Below the pieces are notes generated by a model. That model had not been told where the DNA came from, did not search any database, and saw nothing but the letters and a program-made list of their open reading frames with translations. From NCBI GenBank assembly GCA_038318565.1, contig JBBQCI010000006.1:6792-70791 (forward strand): a DNA stretch of 64,000 nt, in the 5' to 3' direction. Positions 55,446-64,000 of the stretch are shown here, piece by piece (within the stretch, counting starts at the first letter, position 1; each line of letters begins with the position of its first letter). The DNA comes from Planctomycetota bacterium. GTDB lineage: Bacteria > Planctomycetota > UBA11346. The position numbers were made by a program, and so were the translations under genes.

Positions 55446-55924
55446 GCAAGGCGGCCCGACCAGCCAGGACGGTATCGGGTCGTCCACGCTGCCATGTCGA
55501 ATGGAGCGGCCTGGAGGTGTCCGTCGCTGCGCGCAGCCTGGCTGAACGTGCGGTCGAGCTGGCGCTCAAGCGCGATAAACTGCGCCAGCGCAGCCTGTGC
55601 GTGCTCGTCGTCGATGATGCAGAGAGTGCCAAGCTGCATGATACGCATTTCGCTGATGCCACGCCCACTGACGTGATGAGTTTCCCTGATGGATCGCCAG
55701 ACCCGTCTTTGGGACTGACCCGACTGGGCGATCTTGCCATTGGCCTCGATGTCGCACGTCGCGTTGCGGCGCAGCGTGGCCGACCGATCGACGAGGAACT
55801 CGCCCTCTACGTTCTTCACGGAACGCTTCATTTATTGGGCTACGACGACATCGACGATAGCGATTGTGACGAGATGTGGGCGCTCCAGCGTGCCGTCATG
55901 GGCGACCTGGGCGTTACCATCTAG
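55442..55924 (+). CDS. ybeY: rRNA maturation endoribonuclease YbeY
   Basis: Zinc motif HGTLHLLGYDD and an upstream TDVMSFP. The ATG at 55442 overlaps the prfC stop (ATGA). Confidence 0.85.
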   Translation: MSKAARPARTVSGRPRCHVEWSGLEVSVAARSLAERAVELALKRDKLRQRSLCVLVVDDAESAKLHDTHFADATPTDVMSFPDGSPDPSLGLTRLGDLAIGLDVARRVAAQRGRPIDEELALYVLHGTLHLLGYDDIDDSDCDEMWALQRAVMGDLGVTI

Positions 55925-56163
55925 CTGTTTGTTCGCGGGGCTCTGCCCCACGTCCCCGCCGGAGGCTGCCGCCCCCGGAGCCCCCGCTACGCCCGGCTCA
56001 CTGACGTTCGCCGATCGCGGGCACGGCGTCCGTAGAGGCGTGCTCGGCTGCGGCCAAGCTGCGCCTGCGCCGCCATCGATGCACACGCTACGGATGTCGC
56101 GCACACGCTTCGGATAGGATCGGGCGGTGGCAATGGCGTGTGGGTGGGCTAGAAAGCGCTTCC

Positions 56164-57153
56164 ATGACCACGGATGGCAAGGCCACGATCTATGACATTG
56201 CCCGTCGTGCCCATGTCGGCATCGCGACGGTCAGCCGTGTCTTGAATGGCAGCAGCCGGGTTGCCGAGCCAACCCGGCTGGCCGTGCGCCGTGCGGTCGA
56301 GGAACTCGGCTGGCGTCCAAGCAGGGCAGCCCGCCGCCTGGCTGCGCGTGGGGCGGAACGCCCCCGTCTCGCCGCCCTGATGCCGCTGTTCAGCGCCAAT
56401 TTCTACCACGCGGTGACCAGTCCGCTGGCCGGTGGCCTGGCAGCGGCCGGCATCGATCTGGCTATCTATGACGTTCCCGACCGGGAGATGAAGAACCGGC
56501 TGCTCGACCGCATCCTCGCCGAGCGTGCCTGCGAACTGCTCATGTTGTGTTCGATGCGTATCGGTTCCGAACGCATGACCCAGTTGCGCAGCCTGAACAT
56601 GCCGACGATTTTCGTCGATCTGGCCCAGGAGGGCTTTCCTTCGGTCTCGGTCGACAATCGGGAGGGTCCTCGCATGCAGTACCGCTTCCTCCGCGAGCGG
56701 GGCTGCAAGCGCATCGGCTATGTCGGTGGGCCACTTGATGCACATGCCTACCGCGATCGTGAAGAGGGTTTCCGTGCCGTGGCCGGACCGGATGCCCACA
56801 TTGAAATCGCCACTGCGATGACCGTCGCCGAGGGTCGCGCGGCCTTCGTCCGGCTGCTGGCCCGCGACAAACGCATCGACGGGGTCGTCTGCGTGAACGA
56901 CATCCCGGCTATCGGGGTGGTAGAGGAAGCCCGGCAGCGCAAGCGTCGGGTACCCCAGGATGTCCAGGTCATCGGCTATGATGATCAGCCGCTGATGGAC
57001 GTCTTTGGCCTGACGACCGTGCGGCAGCCGCTACCGGAGTTTGGCGACTGGGCGTTGAACGCGATCCGCCGTTTAGCGGTCGAGCCCGCCACTCCGGTTG
57101 CCAGCGCCCGTCTGGCCCTGACCATCATCGAACGGGGCACCACTCGCTCCTAG
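56164..57153 (+). CDS. LacI family transcriptional regulator
   Basis: N-terminal HTH TIYDIARRAHVGIATVSRVLNG plus a periplasmic-binding-fold C-domain (IGYDD). Confidence 0.88.
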   Translation: MTTDGKATIYDIARRAHVGIATVSRVLNGSSRVAEPTRLAVRRAVEELGWRPSRAARRLAARGAERPRLAALMPLFSANFYHAVTSPLAGGLAAAGIDLAIYDVPDREMKNRLLDRILAERACELLMLCSMRIGSERMTQLRSLNMPTIFVDLAQEGFPSVSVDNREGPRMQYRFLRERGCKRIGYVGGPLDAHAYRDREEGFRAVAGPDAHIEIATAMTVAEGRAAFVRLLARDKRIDGVVCVNDIPAIGVVEEARQRKRRVPQDVQVIGYDDQPLMDVFGLTTVRQPLPEFGDWALNAIRRLAVEPATPVASARLALTIIERGTTRS

Positions 57154-57190
57154 AGGGAGCGTTGGTCGGGCTCGGCAAGCCACTGGTGCC

Positions 57191-58432
57191 GTGCGCATTT
57201 CCCCCACGATGCCGGGCATGGCCCTGCCCGCCCCGCCGCTCAACAAACCGCACGATCACCACGCCGTCGACGCCGTCTACGAACAGGCCTCGACCATCTT
57301 CCGCATCGCCTGGTCGGCCATTCACGACCGCGTCGAACGCGGCGAGGCCCGCCTGCCCCGCGAGATCATTTGGCTAGGCGGCGCACCTGGCGCAGGCAAA
57401 GGCACCAACACCCCGTTCATCCTGCGGGAACGAGGCATCTCAGTTCCCCCGATCGTCACCAGCGATCTGCTGACCTCGCCCGAAATGAAGCGTTTGAAGG
57501 ATGCCGGCAACCTGGTTGGCGATGCTGATGTCGTGCGGCTATTGTTCGAACGGCTGCTTGATCCGCTACATGCCACCGGGGTGATCGTCGACGGGTTCCC
57601 ACGCACCCGCGTTCAGGTCGAATGCGTGAAGCTCCTCTACCAGCGCATGCTCGATCTGCGTGCCCAGCATCGCCATGGCCCGCTGGGGGCCTGCTTTCCC
57701 AAGCCAATCTTCCAGATCGTGGTGCTGTACGTGGAAGAAAAGGAGTCGGTCGAGCGCCAGCTGAAACGTGGCAGATCGATCATCGCCGCCAACCAGCGGG
57801 TGCGCGAGACGGGCGAGGGGCAGCTGCAGGAGGAGCGCGCCACCGACATGGCCGAGGATGCCTGCCGCAAGCGCTACCGGGTGTTCATGGAGCAGACCTA
57901 TGCCGTGCTGCAGAGCCTGAAACAGCATTTCCACTTCCACGTCATCAACGCGCAGGGCGATCTGGCCTCGGTCGAACGCGCGATCATCAGCGAGTTTCAA
58001 TACCAGAGCTCGCTTGAACTGGATGACGAGACCTTCGACGCCATCCATCACATCCCGCTCGCCAGTGAGATCGTGGTCGCCGCTCGCCAGCATCTCGTCG
58101 AACGCCTTGAGGGATACCAGCGCGACCAGGATGAGCTGTTCCACCGGGTCGTTTCGGTCATCGATCGTGACTTTGTTCCGGTCATCCTGCTCCATGCCAT
58201 GACCGGTCTGGCCAAGATCACCAGCGACAATGAATTATTCGCCGACCCGCGGACTATGGCCATGCTGGTCGACGTCCTCAACGAGCGCGGCTACCGCACC
58301 ACTGCGACGGTCGAGAGCCGCGAGGTCCCCAGCCGCATCGATCCGGTGACCCACTACATCATCTGCACCAAAAAACCGCGCTATCGTTTCGAGCTGCGCT
58401 TCCAGGGCTCGCAGATCCGTCGCGGCATCTGA
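57191..58432 (+). CDS. adenylate-kinase-family P-loop protein with about 200-aa C-terminal extension (start uncertain)
   Basis: GAPGAGKGT P-loop and DGFPRT (NMP-binding/AK signature). Residues after about 230 have no recognisable motif. Alternative ATG starts at 57209 and 57218. Confidence 0.7.
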   Translation: MRISPTMPGMALPAPPLNKPHDHHAVDAVYEQASTIFRIAWSAIHDRVERGEARLPREIIWLGGAPGAGKGTNTPFILRERGISVPPIVTSDLLTSPEMKRLKDAGNLVGDADVVRLLFERLLDPLHATGVIVDGFPRTRVQVECVKLLYQRMLDLRAQHRHGPLGACFPKPIFQIVVLYVEEKESVERQLKRGRSIIAANQRVRETGEGQLQEERATDMAEDACRKRYRVFMEQTYAVLQSLKQHFHFHVINAQGDLASVERAIISEFQYQSSLELDDETFDAIHHIPLASEIVVAARQHLVERLEGYQRDQDELFHRVVSVIDRDFVPVILLHAMTGLAKITSDNELFADPRTMAMLVDVLNERGYRTTATVESREVPSRIDPVTHYIICTKKPRYRFELRFQGSQIRRGI

Positions 58433-58447
58433 CGCCGGAACCTGACC

Positions 58448-59206
58448 TTAGGTCTGGAGGATTCCAAGGCGCTGGAGGATGGCCTGGTAGCTCTGGTGTT
58501 CGTGGAACAGGTCGGCGAGCCGCCTGGCTAATTCCTGGTCTTCCAAGGCCCGAGCCAGCCGTGGAGCCTGCGCGGTACCGTCGAGAACCTCGCGCAGGAC
58601 CTGGGCGATGATGGCGCGTTCGCCGACCGGATGGGCTGCCGGCTCCTTCGGTTTGACCGCCTCCGCCTCCCGATTTTCGGTACGCCTGCCAAGGCTGGCA
58701 ACCGGCGGTGGCGGCGGTGCGGCGATGTTCAGGACCAGGGCAAGTAACTCTGACAGGAGGGGGCCGGTGCCATCGGGACCATGCGCAGGCACCACGACTT
58801 CGCGTCCCTGCAGAGCCTGCATGAGCACGCCGCGAGAGCGGGACATCTCGTCAGTCATCCACGAGCCGGCCAGCTGCTGGATCTGCAGGTCGCGATCGCG
58901 GGTGCGGATGGTCGCGTCGAGATCGTCGATCCGGGCATGCAGGTCGCGCGTGCGCTCGCCGGCCACCGGGACCAGCGCCTCAAGCAGGCGTCGTTGCAGC
59001 GACAGGTCGGGCAGTTGACCGGCTGGCAGGGCGGTCAATTCTGTCGCCAAGCCAGCGGTGTGTTCGAGGAACTGCGCCCCCTCGACGCTGCGTTCGTCCT
59101 CGCGGAAGCCATGCGAGATCGTCGTCCACAGCTGGACGATGGCTCGACCCAGGGCCTCGCGATCGGCCAGGGTGCGCTTGCCGGCAAACACGTCGGTGAT
59201 GGCCAT
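58448..59206 (-). CDS. hypothetical protein (helical, Pro-rich linker)
   Basis: 252-aa ORF with good GC3 bias. It is the last gene of the co-directional MoxR/ABC cluster and converges on the kinase-like gene with a 15-nt gap. Confidence 0.55.
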   Translation of the reverse strand: MAITDVFAGKRTLADREALGRAIVQLWTTISHGFREDERSVEGAQFLEHTAGLATELTALPAGQLPDLSLQRRLLEALVPVAGERTRDLHARIDDLDATIRTRDRDLQIQQLAGSWMTDEMSRSRGVLMQALQGREVVVPAHGPDGTGPLLSELLALVLNIAAPPPPPVASLGRRTENREAEAVKPKEPAAHPVGERAIIAQVLREVLDGTAQAPRLARALEDQELARRLADLFHEHQSYQAILQRLGILQT

Positions 59207-59285
59207 GATATGACCATAGATGGGATCGGGCCTCGGCCAGCGGCGATACGGTCAGCAACCAGGCCGGCCACTCACTGAGCCTGGC

Positions 59286-60266
59286 CTACTGCACCTGACC
59301 CTTGGTGAGGTGCAGGAACGCGTCCTCGAGATTGCGTCCACGGGCAGCGAAACGGGCGACCGGCAGGCCAGCTTCGACTAGGGTCTTCAGCAGGGCGGCA
59401 TGATCGCTGTCACCGCCCCCGGCGGAGAGGGTGGCGAAGCGTCCGCTGACCTGGACGTCGGTAACGCCTGGACGTTCCGCGAGTATTTCGCGGAAGCGCG
59501 GGTGCTCGGCGGACAGGGCGATCTCAATGGTGGCAGGCAGGGTGTCGTCCGGCCCGGCTGATTCACGCGCCGCCATGGCTGCGCCGCGCACTTGGGCGAC
59601 AGTGCCGGCTGCTACCAAACGGCCGCGTTCAATGATCGCCACCGAGGTGCACAGCTCTTCCAGCTCGGCGAGGATGTGTGAGCTAATCAGCACGGCCTTG
59701 CCCTGGCGGGCAAGCGCGCGGAGAAGGTCGCGGAATTCGATGCGGGCACGCGGATCAAGGCCGGCACTAGGTTCGTCCAGGATCAGCACCTTGGGATCGT
59801 GGACTAGACAGCGGGCGAGCGACAGCCGTTGCTTCATGCCCTTGCTCAGGCTGGTGGCGGGTTTGCTGGCGATGCCGTCCAGTTGGCAGAAACCCATCAC
59901 GCTGTCGACCGCACGGCTGCGGGCTGCACCGGTAAGGCCATAGGCTCGGCCGAAGAAGTCGACGTACTCGGCCACCGTCGCGTCTGGGAAGGGCTCGAAA
60001 TGATCCGGCATGAAGCCGATGGTGCGGCGGACGCGATCGGCGTCATCGACGGTCGACAGTCCGTCGACCAGGCAGTCGCCGGCGTTGGGCAGATCGAGGG
60101 TTGCCAGAACGCGCATGGTCGTCGACTTGCCCGCACCATTAGGGCCAATGAAGCCCATGATGGAACCGGATTCGAAGGCGAACGATACATCGACCACCGC
60201 GTCGACGCGCTGCGGACCCCAGCCGAAATGGCGATGGAGATGGCGAACCTCGACAAGTGGCATCAA
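59286..60266 (-). CDS. ABC transporter ATP-binding protein (ABC-2 / drug-exporter-like subfamily)
   Basis: Walker A GPNGAGKST, signature LSKGMKQRLSLA and Walker B LILDEPSAGLD, plus a C-terminal about 100-aa accessory domain. Confidence 0.9.
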   Translation of the reverse strand: MMPLVEVRHLHRHFGWGPQRVDAVVDVSFAFESGSIMGFIGPNGAGKSTTMRVLATLDLPNAGDCLVDGLSTVDDADRVRRTIGFMPDHFEPFPDATVAEYVDFFGRAYGLTGAARSRAVDSVMGFCQLDGIASKPATSLSKGMKQRLSLARCLVHDPKVLILDEPSAGLDPRARIEFRDLLRALARQGKAVLISSHILAELEELCTSVAIIERGRLVAAGTVAQVRGAAMAARESAGPDDTLPATIEIALSAEHPRFREILAERPGVTDVQVSGRFATLSAGGGDSDHAALLKTLVEAGLPVARFAARGRNLEDAFLHLTKGQVQ

Positions 60267-61867
60267 AATGCTCCTGGCGAAGCGGCCGCAGGCATGAGCG
60301 TCCCGATTGCCCAGGCTTCGATCGGTTCACGATCCTGAGCGGTTGGCCCGGGCACCGGATGCAACGGTTGAGCTAACCGCGCCACCCACGATCCGGCGAT
60401 CCGGCCTGCGCCGTTCAGGGCCAGGCGGGCATCCAGACCAAGGCGGCGGACATCCGGAGTCGGCGCAGCGCGCTGCGAGGGGATCAGGTCCTGTTCGGCT
60501 CCGGGAGCAAGTCCAGTCGCCTGCCAGCCGAGCCCGGCGCTGTCGATCCAATGCAGTTCGCGGATCTCGACATCCAACCCGTTGCCGACCTGCCAGCCAC
60601 CAGCGCTGCGCACGATGCTGATCCGCCGGCGTTCAGGACGGGCCTGGGTGCAGGCCAACTGGCGGTTCACCCGGGCCGGGATCCAGCTGCCCAAGACGCT
60701 CTGACCCTGACGCCAGTCGAGTTCCAGCGCGGGCCGGTCACGTCGCCATCGATTGTCGTAGTCCGCCTCGTCCATGGGTTGCAGACGGTCTTCGCGGTCG
60801 AGGGCGAATGGTCCGGGCGCAATGCCGCAGAACCAGGTGATCCCATGAAACACGCTGGTGCGTTGGGCCTCTAGGTCGATCAGCGCGATCTGCATCGCCG
60901 AGCGCTGTTTGCCGATGCCGTCTGAGGCGAGTGCGATGACGATCAGCAGCGCGCAGGTGCCCAGGCTGATCAGCGGGGTGGTGATCAGCAGCAGCCACGG
61001 CTGCCTGCGGCGGATCGTCCACCACAGGTTGAGTGGCCCTGCGACCACCGCGAAGGTAATCGCCAGGGTAAGGAACCAGCCGGTCGGCAGTTCGGAGGTA
61101 CCTGGGACCGGATGGTTGACGGGTCGGCCGTCGGCAGTCCGTACACTGGTCAGGCGGGTGATCAGGGCAGGCTGGTCTGCCGTCCCAGGGTCGAGGACAG
61201 TGACGATGGCGCCGAGCTTGCGCCAGGCGGGCTCACTGGCGGCGTCGCTGACAAACAGAGCTCCGCCGAGGCGCGTCCAGGTGGCGATAGCCTCACGCTG
61301 GGCCTGATTCAGGCCAACTTCGCCGTTGGGGGTGGTGACCAGGGTCATCCACGCTGGCCAACCCTGCCAGCGGTCGGGCAGCGCATCGCCGGCAATGCGG
61401 CGCACGCGTTCACCGCCGCTGGAGCGGTAGCTGCGCCCACTGCTGTGGGACTCGGTGACCTTCTCCTCGATCAGCTTCTTCAGGGCTGGTACTGGCAGCT
61501 GTTCGCTGGGGTCGAGGGCAACGAGATCGATGGCGAGATGCTCGATGGTGACTGGGACACCTTCCTCGCCCCGTTCATTGTCGGATCGCCAGCGCAGCAC
61601 CGGCGAGCCGTATCCCGGATTGCATGGTAGCAGCACGGTGGTGCTGGTGGTTCGCCCCGGTTCGACCCGCACGCTGGCAGTTGCCCGCGATTCCCCGAGC
61701 TGGACTTCAAGGCGCACGTCGACCGGTGCGATCAGCGCCTCTATGCGGACTTGGACCGGGGTGTAACCGTCCTTGTCCTCCCACACGCACGAGGCATCGA
61801 CGCGTACCTCTCCGCTCCAGGCGAGGCAGCACACGGCGACAAGCAGGCAGATTCTGCCAGCGTTCAC
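60263..61867 (-). CDS. hypothetical membrane protein (large extracytoplasmic N-domain, central TM pair, C-domain)
   Basis: The GTG start at 61867 overlaps the MoxR stop (GTGA), and the stop overlaps the ABC ATPase start (ATGA). Signal-like ICLLVAVCCLAWSG. TM pair WFLTLAITFAVVAGPLNLWW / WLLLITTPLISLGTCALLIVIALA. Confidence 0.6.
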   Translation of the reverse strand: MNAGRICLLVAVCCLAWSGEVRVDASCVWEDKDGYTPVQVRIEALIAPVDVRLEVQLGESRATASVRVEPGRTTSTTVLLPCNPGYGSPVLRWRSDNERGEEGVPVTIEHLAIDLVALDPSEQLPVPALKKLIEEKVTESHSSGRSYRSSGGERVRRIAGDALPDRWQGWPAWMTLVTTPNGEVGLNQAQREAIATWTRLGGALFVSDAASEPAWRKLGAIVTVLDPGTADQPALITRLTSVRTADGRPVNHPVPGTSELPTGWFLTLAITFAVVAGPLNLWWTIRRRQPWLLLITTPLISLGTCALLIVIALASDGIGKQRSAMQIALIDLEAQRTSVFHGITWFCGIAPGPFALDREDRLQPMDEADYDNRWRRDRPALELDWRQGQSVLGSWIPARVNRQLACTQARPERRRISIVRSAGGWQVGNGLDVEIRELHWIDSAGLGWQATGLAPGAEQDLIPSQRAAPTPDVRRLGLDARLALNGAGRIAGSWVARLAQPLHPVPGPTAQDREPIEAWAIGTLMPAAASPGAF

Positions 61868-62856
61868 GCCAGCTCCGGTACCGCGGCGAGGATTGATTCG
61901 ACCACGCTGCGAGCCGTCTGGCCGGACAGTCCGGCTTCGGAGGACAGGATGATGCGATGAGCCAGCACGGGCACGGCCAGGGCCTTTACGTCGGCAAATC
62001 CAACCGATGGTCGGCCAGCGAGCAGGGCTGCAGCACGGGCACAACCGGCCAGGGCGAGGGCGGCACGCGGGCTGGCACCCCAGCGGATCGAGGTGCGCAC
62101 CGTGTCGCTGGCTCCGGGCAGCTCGGGTCGGGTGGCGTTGACCAGACGGGCGACATAGCGCGCGACCGCCTCGGGCACGGCAATGCGGCGGGCGGCGTCG
62201 ATGGCAGCCGCCAGCGAGGCTTCGTCGGCGACAGTCTTCGGAGTTGGTGGACGGCCATCCGGTCGTTCGAGGACGATGCGCGTCAGGACCTCGTCACCGA
62301 CCCCGGTGACCGTGAGTTTGACTGCGAAGCGGTCGAGCTGAGCTTCGGGCAGGGGGTAGGTGCCGTCGAGCTCGATCGGATTCTGCGTCGCTAGGACGAA
62401 GAAGGGCCGTGGCAGCCGGTGGGTGGTGTCGAAGACGGTGACCTCACCCTCCTGCATGGCCTGCAGCAGTGCAGACTGAGTCTTGGGGCTGGCGCGGTTG
62501 ATCTCGTCGGCGAGCAGCAGCTGGGTGAACACCGGTCCCTGACGGAACGTTAGCTGGCGGCCTTCAGGGCCTTCCTGCAGCACCAAGGTGCCGGTGATGT
62601 CGCTGGGCAGCAGGTCGGGGGTAAACTGGATGCGTTTGTGGGCGAGACCAGCGAGCGCCGACAGCGCCTTGATCAGCTCGGTCTTGCCCAGACCTGGCAG
62701 ACCTTCGAGCAGCACATGGCCACCTGCCAGCATGGCGGTGACCGTCAGCCGGGTTAGATCGGCTTGGCCGAGGATGGCGGCGTCGAGTCCGGCAAGCACG
62801 GCGGTGGCGGTGGCGCGGTGGCGGTCGATGTCGGCAGGAGTCAGCAAAGTGGTCAT
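61864..62856 (-). CDS. MoxR-family AAA+ ATPase
   Basis: GLPGLGKT Walker [24 protein letters not shown] and [22 protein letters not shown], characteristic of the AAA_3/MoxR family. Start at MTTLLTP (62856). Confidence 0.9.
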   Translation of the reverse strand: MTTLLTPADIDRHRATATAVLAGLDAAILGQADLTRLTVTAMLAGGHVLLEGLPGLGKTELIKALSALAGLAHKRIQFTPDLLPSDITGTLVLQEGPEGRQLTFRQGPVFTQLLLADEINRASPKTQSALLQAMQEGEVTVFDTTHRLPRPFFVLATQNPIELDGTYPLPEAQLDRFAVKLTVTGVGDEVLTRIVLERPDGRPPTPKTVADEASLAAAIDAARRIAVPEAVARYVARLVNATRPELPGASDTVRTSIRWGASPRAALALAGCARAAALLAGRPSVGFADVKALAVPVLAHRIILSSEAGLSGQTARSVVESILAAVPELA

Positions 62857-62878
62857 GGACGTTCCAGGAGATAGGCGA

Positions 62879-63346
62879 TCAACGGTACCCCAACCACAGC
62901 AGGATGCCGGCAACCATGGCGAACGTCCAGTAGTCCGTTGGCAGTCCCAGTAGCCAGTGCTTGTGCCAGCGGACCTCTTGACGGTTGAATCGCCGCCAGC
63001 CCCAGGCCGGGTTGAGTAGGAACCACAACAGGTCTTCGACGATCCAGAAGATCATGAAGGATGCCATCGCTCGGGCCTCCAACGGCCAGCTCCAGGTCCA
63101 CAGCATTGCTGCGGGCAGATGGAACACGCCGAGGACGAACGGTAGGCACCAGGCGTGATAACCAGTCAGGGGCCGGCCACCGAAGAATACGTCGAGTAAC
63201 CAATGCTTTTCAATCCGCCAGGTCGGCAAGTTGGCTGCCCAGCCGTCGGATCCCTCGATCTGGATCTCGACCTTGGCAAAGACGAATGCCAGTACGCTGG
63301 TGGTGGCAACCAGGCCAGCCAGCGGCACGAGCTGGGCAAGGTCCAT
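62879..63346 (-). CDS. small Trp-rich integral membrane protein
   Basis: 155 aa with about 4 hydrophobic segments. It starts 2 nt after the glycosyltransferase stop. Confidence 0.6.
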   Translation of the reverse strand: MDLAQLVPLAGLVATTSVLAFVFAKVEIQIEGSDGWAANLPTWRIEKHWLLDVFFGGRPLTGYHAWCLPFVLGVFHLPAAMLWTWSWPLEARAMASFMIFWIVEDLLWFLLNPAWGWRRFNRQEVRWHKHWLLGLPTDYWTFAMVAGILLWLGYR

Positions 63347-63348
63347 GT

Positions 63349-64000
63349 TCAGGCTAATGCAGTGGCGAGTACATCTGCGGCCGCTCGCGGTTTGCCGCTG
63401 GCGCGTGCACCGGCAGCAAGGCGAGGCAGCAGGTCGGGCTCGGCAAGCAGTCGGCGGACCCGGTGTTCAAGCCCGGCGGCGTCGTGCGCCTTCAGAGCGG
63501 CACCATGCTCCAGCAGATGGTCGCTGTTGCGCTCCTCCTGGCCGGGGATCGGCGAGACGATCACCATCGGCAGGCCGAGGGCGAGGCATTCGCTGGTCGA
63601 CAGGCCACCCGGCTTGCCGATCGCGACATCGGCGCAGGCCATCAACCGTTCAGGCGTGGTGGTGAAGCCGACCGCGACCAGTCGTCCGGGATGCTGGCCG
63701 GCAAGGCCTTCTAGGCGGGTCAGCAGCTCGGCGTTGCGGCCAGCCATGGCAAGGATCTGGTGATCGCCCGGGATACTCAGGATGCGCTCGGCAATCTGTT
63801 CGAGATTGCCGACGCCGTGTCCACCGCTCATCAGCAGGATGATGCGCCGGGCTGGGTCGAGACCCAGTTCACGGGCACAAGCGTCCCGTTGCGGCGGGTG
63901 ACTGAATGCCGGGTCAATCGGGATGCCGGTGACATGTACCGGGGTGTCGCCGATGCCGCGTTCGCGCAACCGCCAAGCGACCTCTTCGGAGGCGACGCAA
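63349..64000 (-). CDS. GT28-type glycosyltransferase, MGDG-synthase/UgtP-like (C-terminal part; 5' end outside window)
   Basis: HVTGIPIDPAF, LLMSGGHGVG, IGKPGGLSTSECLALGLPMV and PIPGQEE.N motifs of diacylglycerol glycosyltransferases. The frame stays open to nt 64000. Confidence 0.75.
   Translation of the reverse strand, partial: CVASEEVAWRLRERGIGDTPVHVTGIPIDPAFSHPPQRDACARELGLDPARRIILLMSGGHGVGNLEQIAERILSIPGDHQILAMAGRNAELLTRLEGLAGQHPGRLVAVGFTTTPERLMACADVAIGKPGGLSTSECLALGLPMVIVSPIPGQEERNSDHLLEHGAALKAHDAAGLEHRVRRLLAEPDLLPRLAAGARASGKPRAAADVLATALA

Overview
High-GC bacterial chromosomal segment with dense coding: about 60 CDS and one tRNA-Lys(CUU). I saw no rRNA, CRISPR array, transposase or integrase. 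kdsA, a secretin and a beta-barrel porin remnant indicate a diderm. The signalling repertoire (Hanks-type Ser/Thr kinase, FHA-DUF4388, sigma54 activator, PAS hybrid kinase) would fit a Planctomycetota-like lineage, but that is inference only. Recognisable housekeeping genes are mutL, an EF-G gene, infC, prfC, ybeY, kdsA, trmO/tsaA, pgl, pgeF and a BMP-type nucleoside ABC importer. Other recognisable genes are a fatty-acid desaturase, a GH38 alpha-mannosidase and a LacI-family regulator. The most interesting region is a minus-strand cluster (15606-23618) in which a PspA/IM30 (ESCRT-III superfamily) gene is tightly linked to five others. These are a two-TM coiled-coil protein, a two-domain classic AAA+ ATPase, a Wzy-like polytopic membrane protein and two membrane-anchored SBP-like/vWA ectodomain paralogs. 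I propose it as a candidate bacterial ESCRT-III/Vps4-like membrane-remodelling module. Secondary items: a translationally coupled MoxR, membrane protein and ABC-ATPase cluster with no vWA/DUF58 partner or permease. A mixed Ser/Thr-kinase, CheY, sigma54-activator and sensor-less kinase island ending in a tandem-repeat ORF. An ECF-sigma-linked pilNOPQ set without pilM. A frameshifted porin gene. A hybrid kinase with a degenerate receiver. Two unusually long structured non-coding gaps. All functional calls come from motifs read in the supplied translations; no database search was run.
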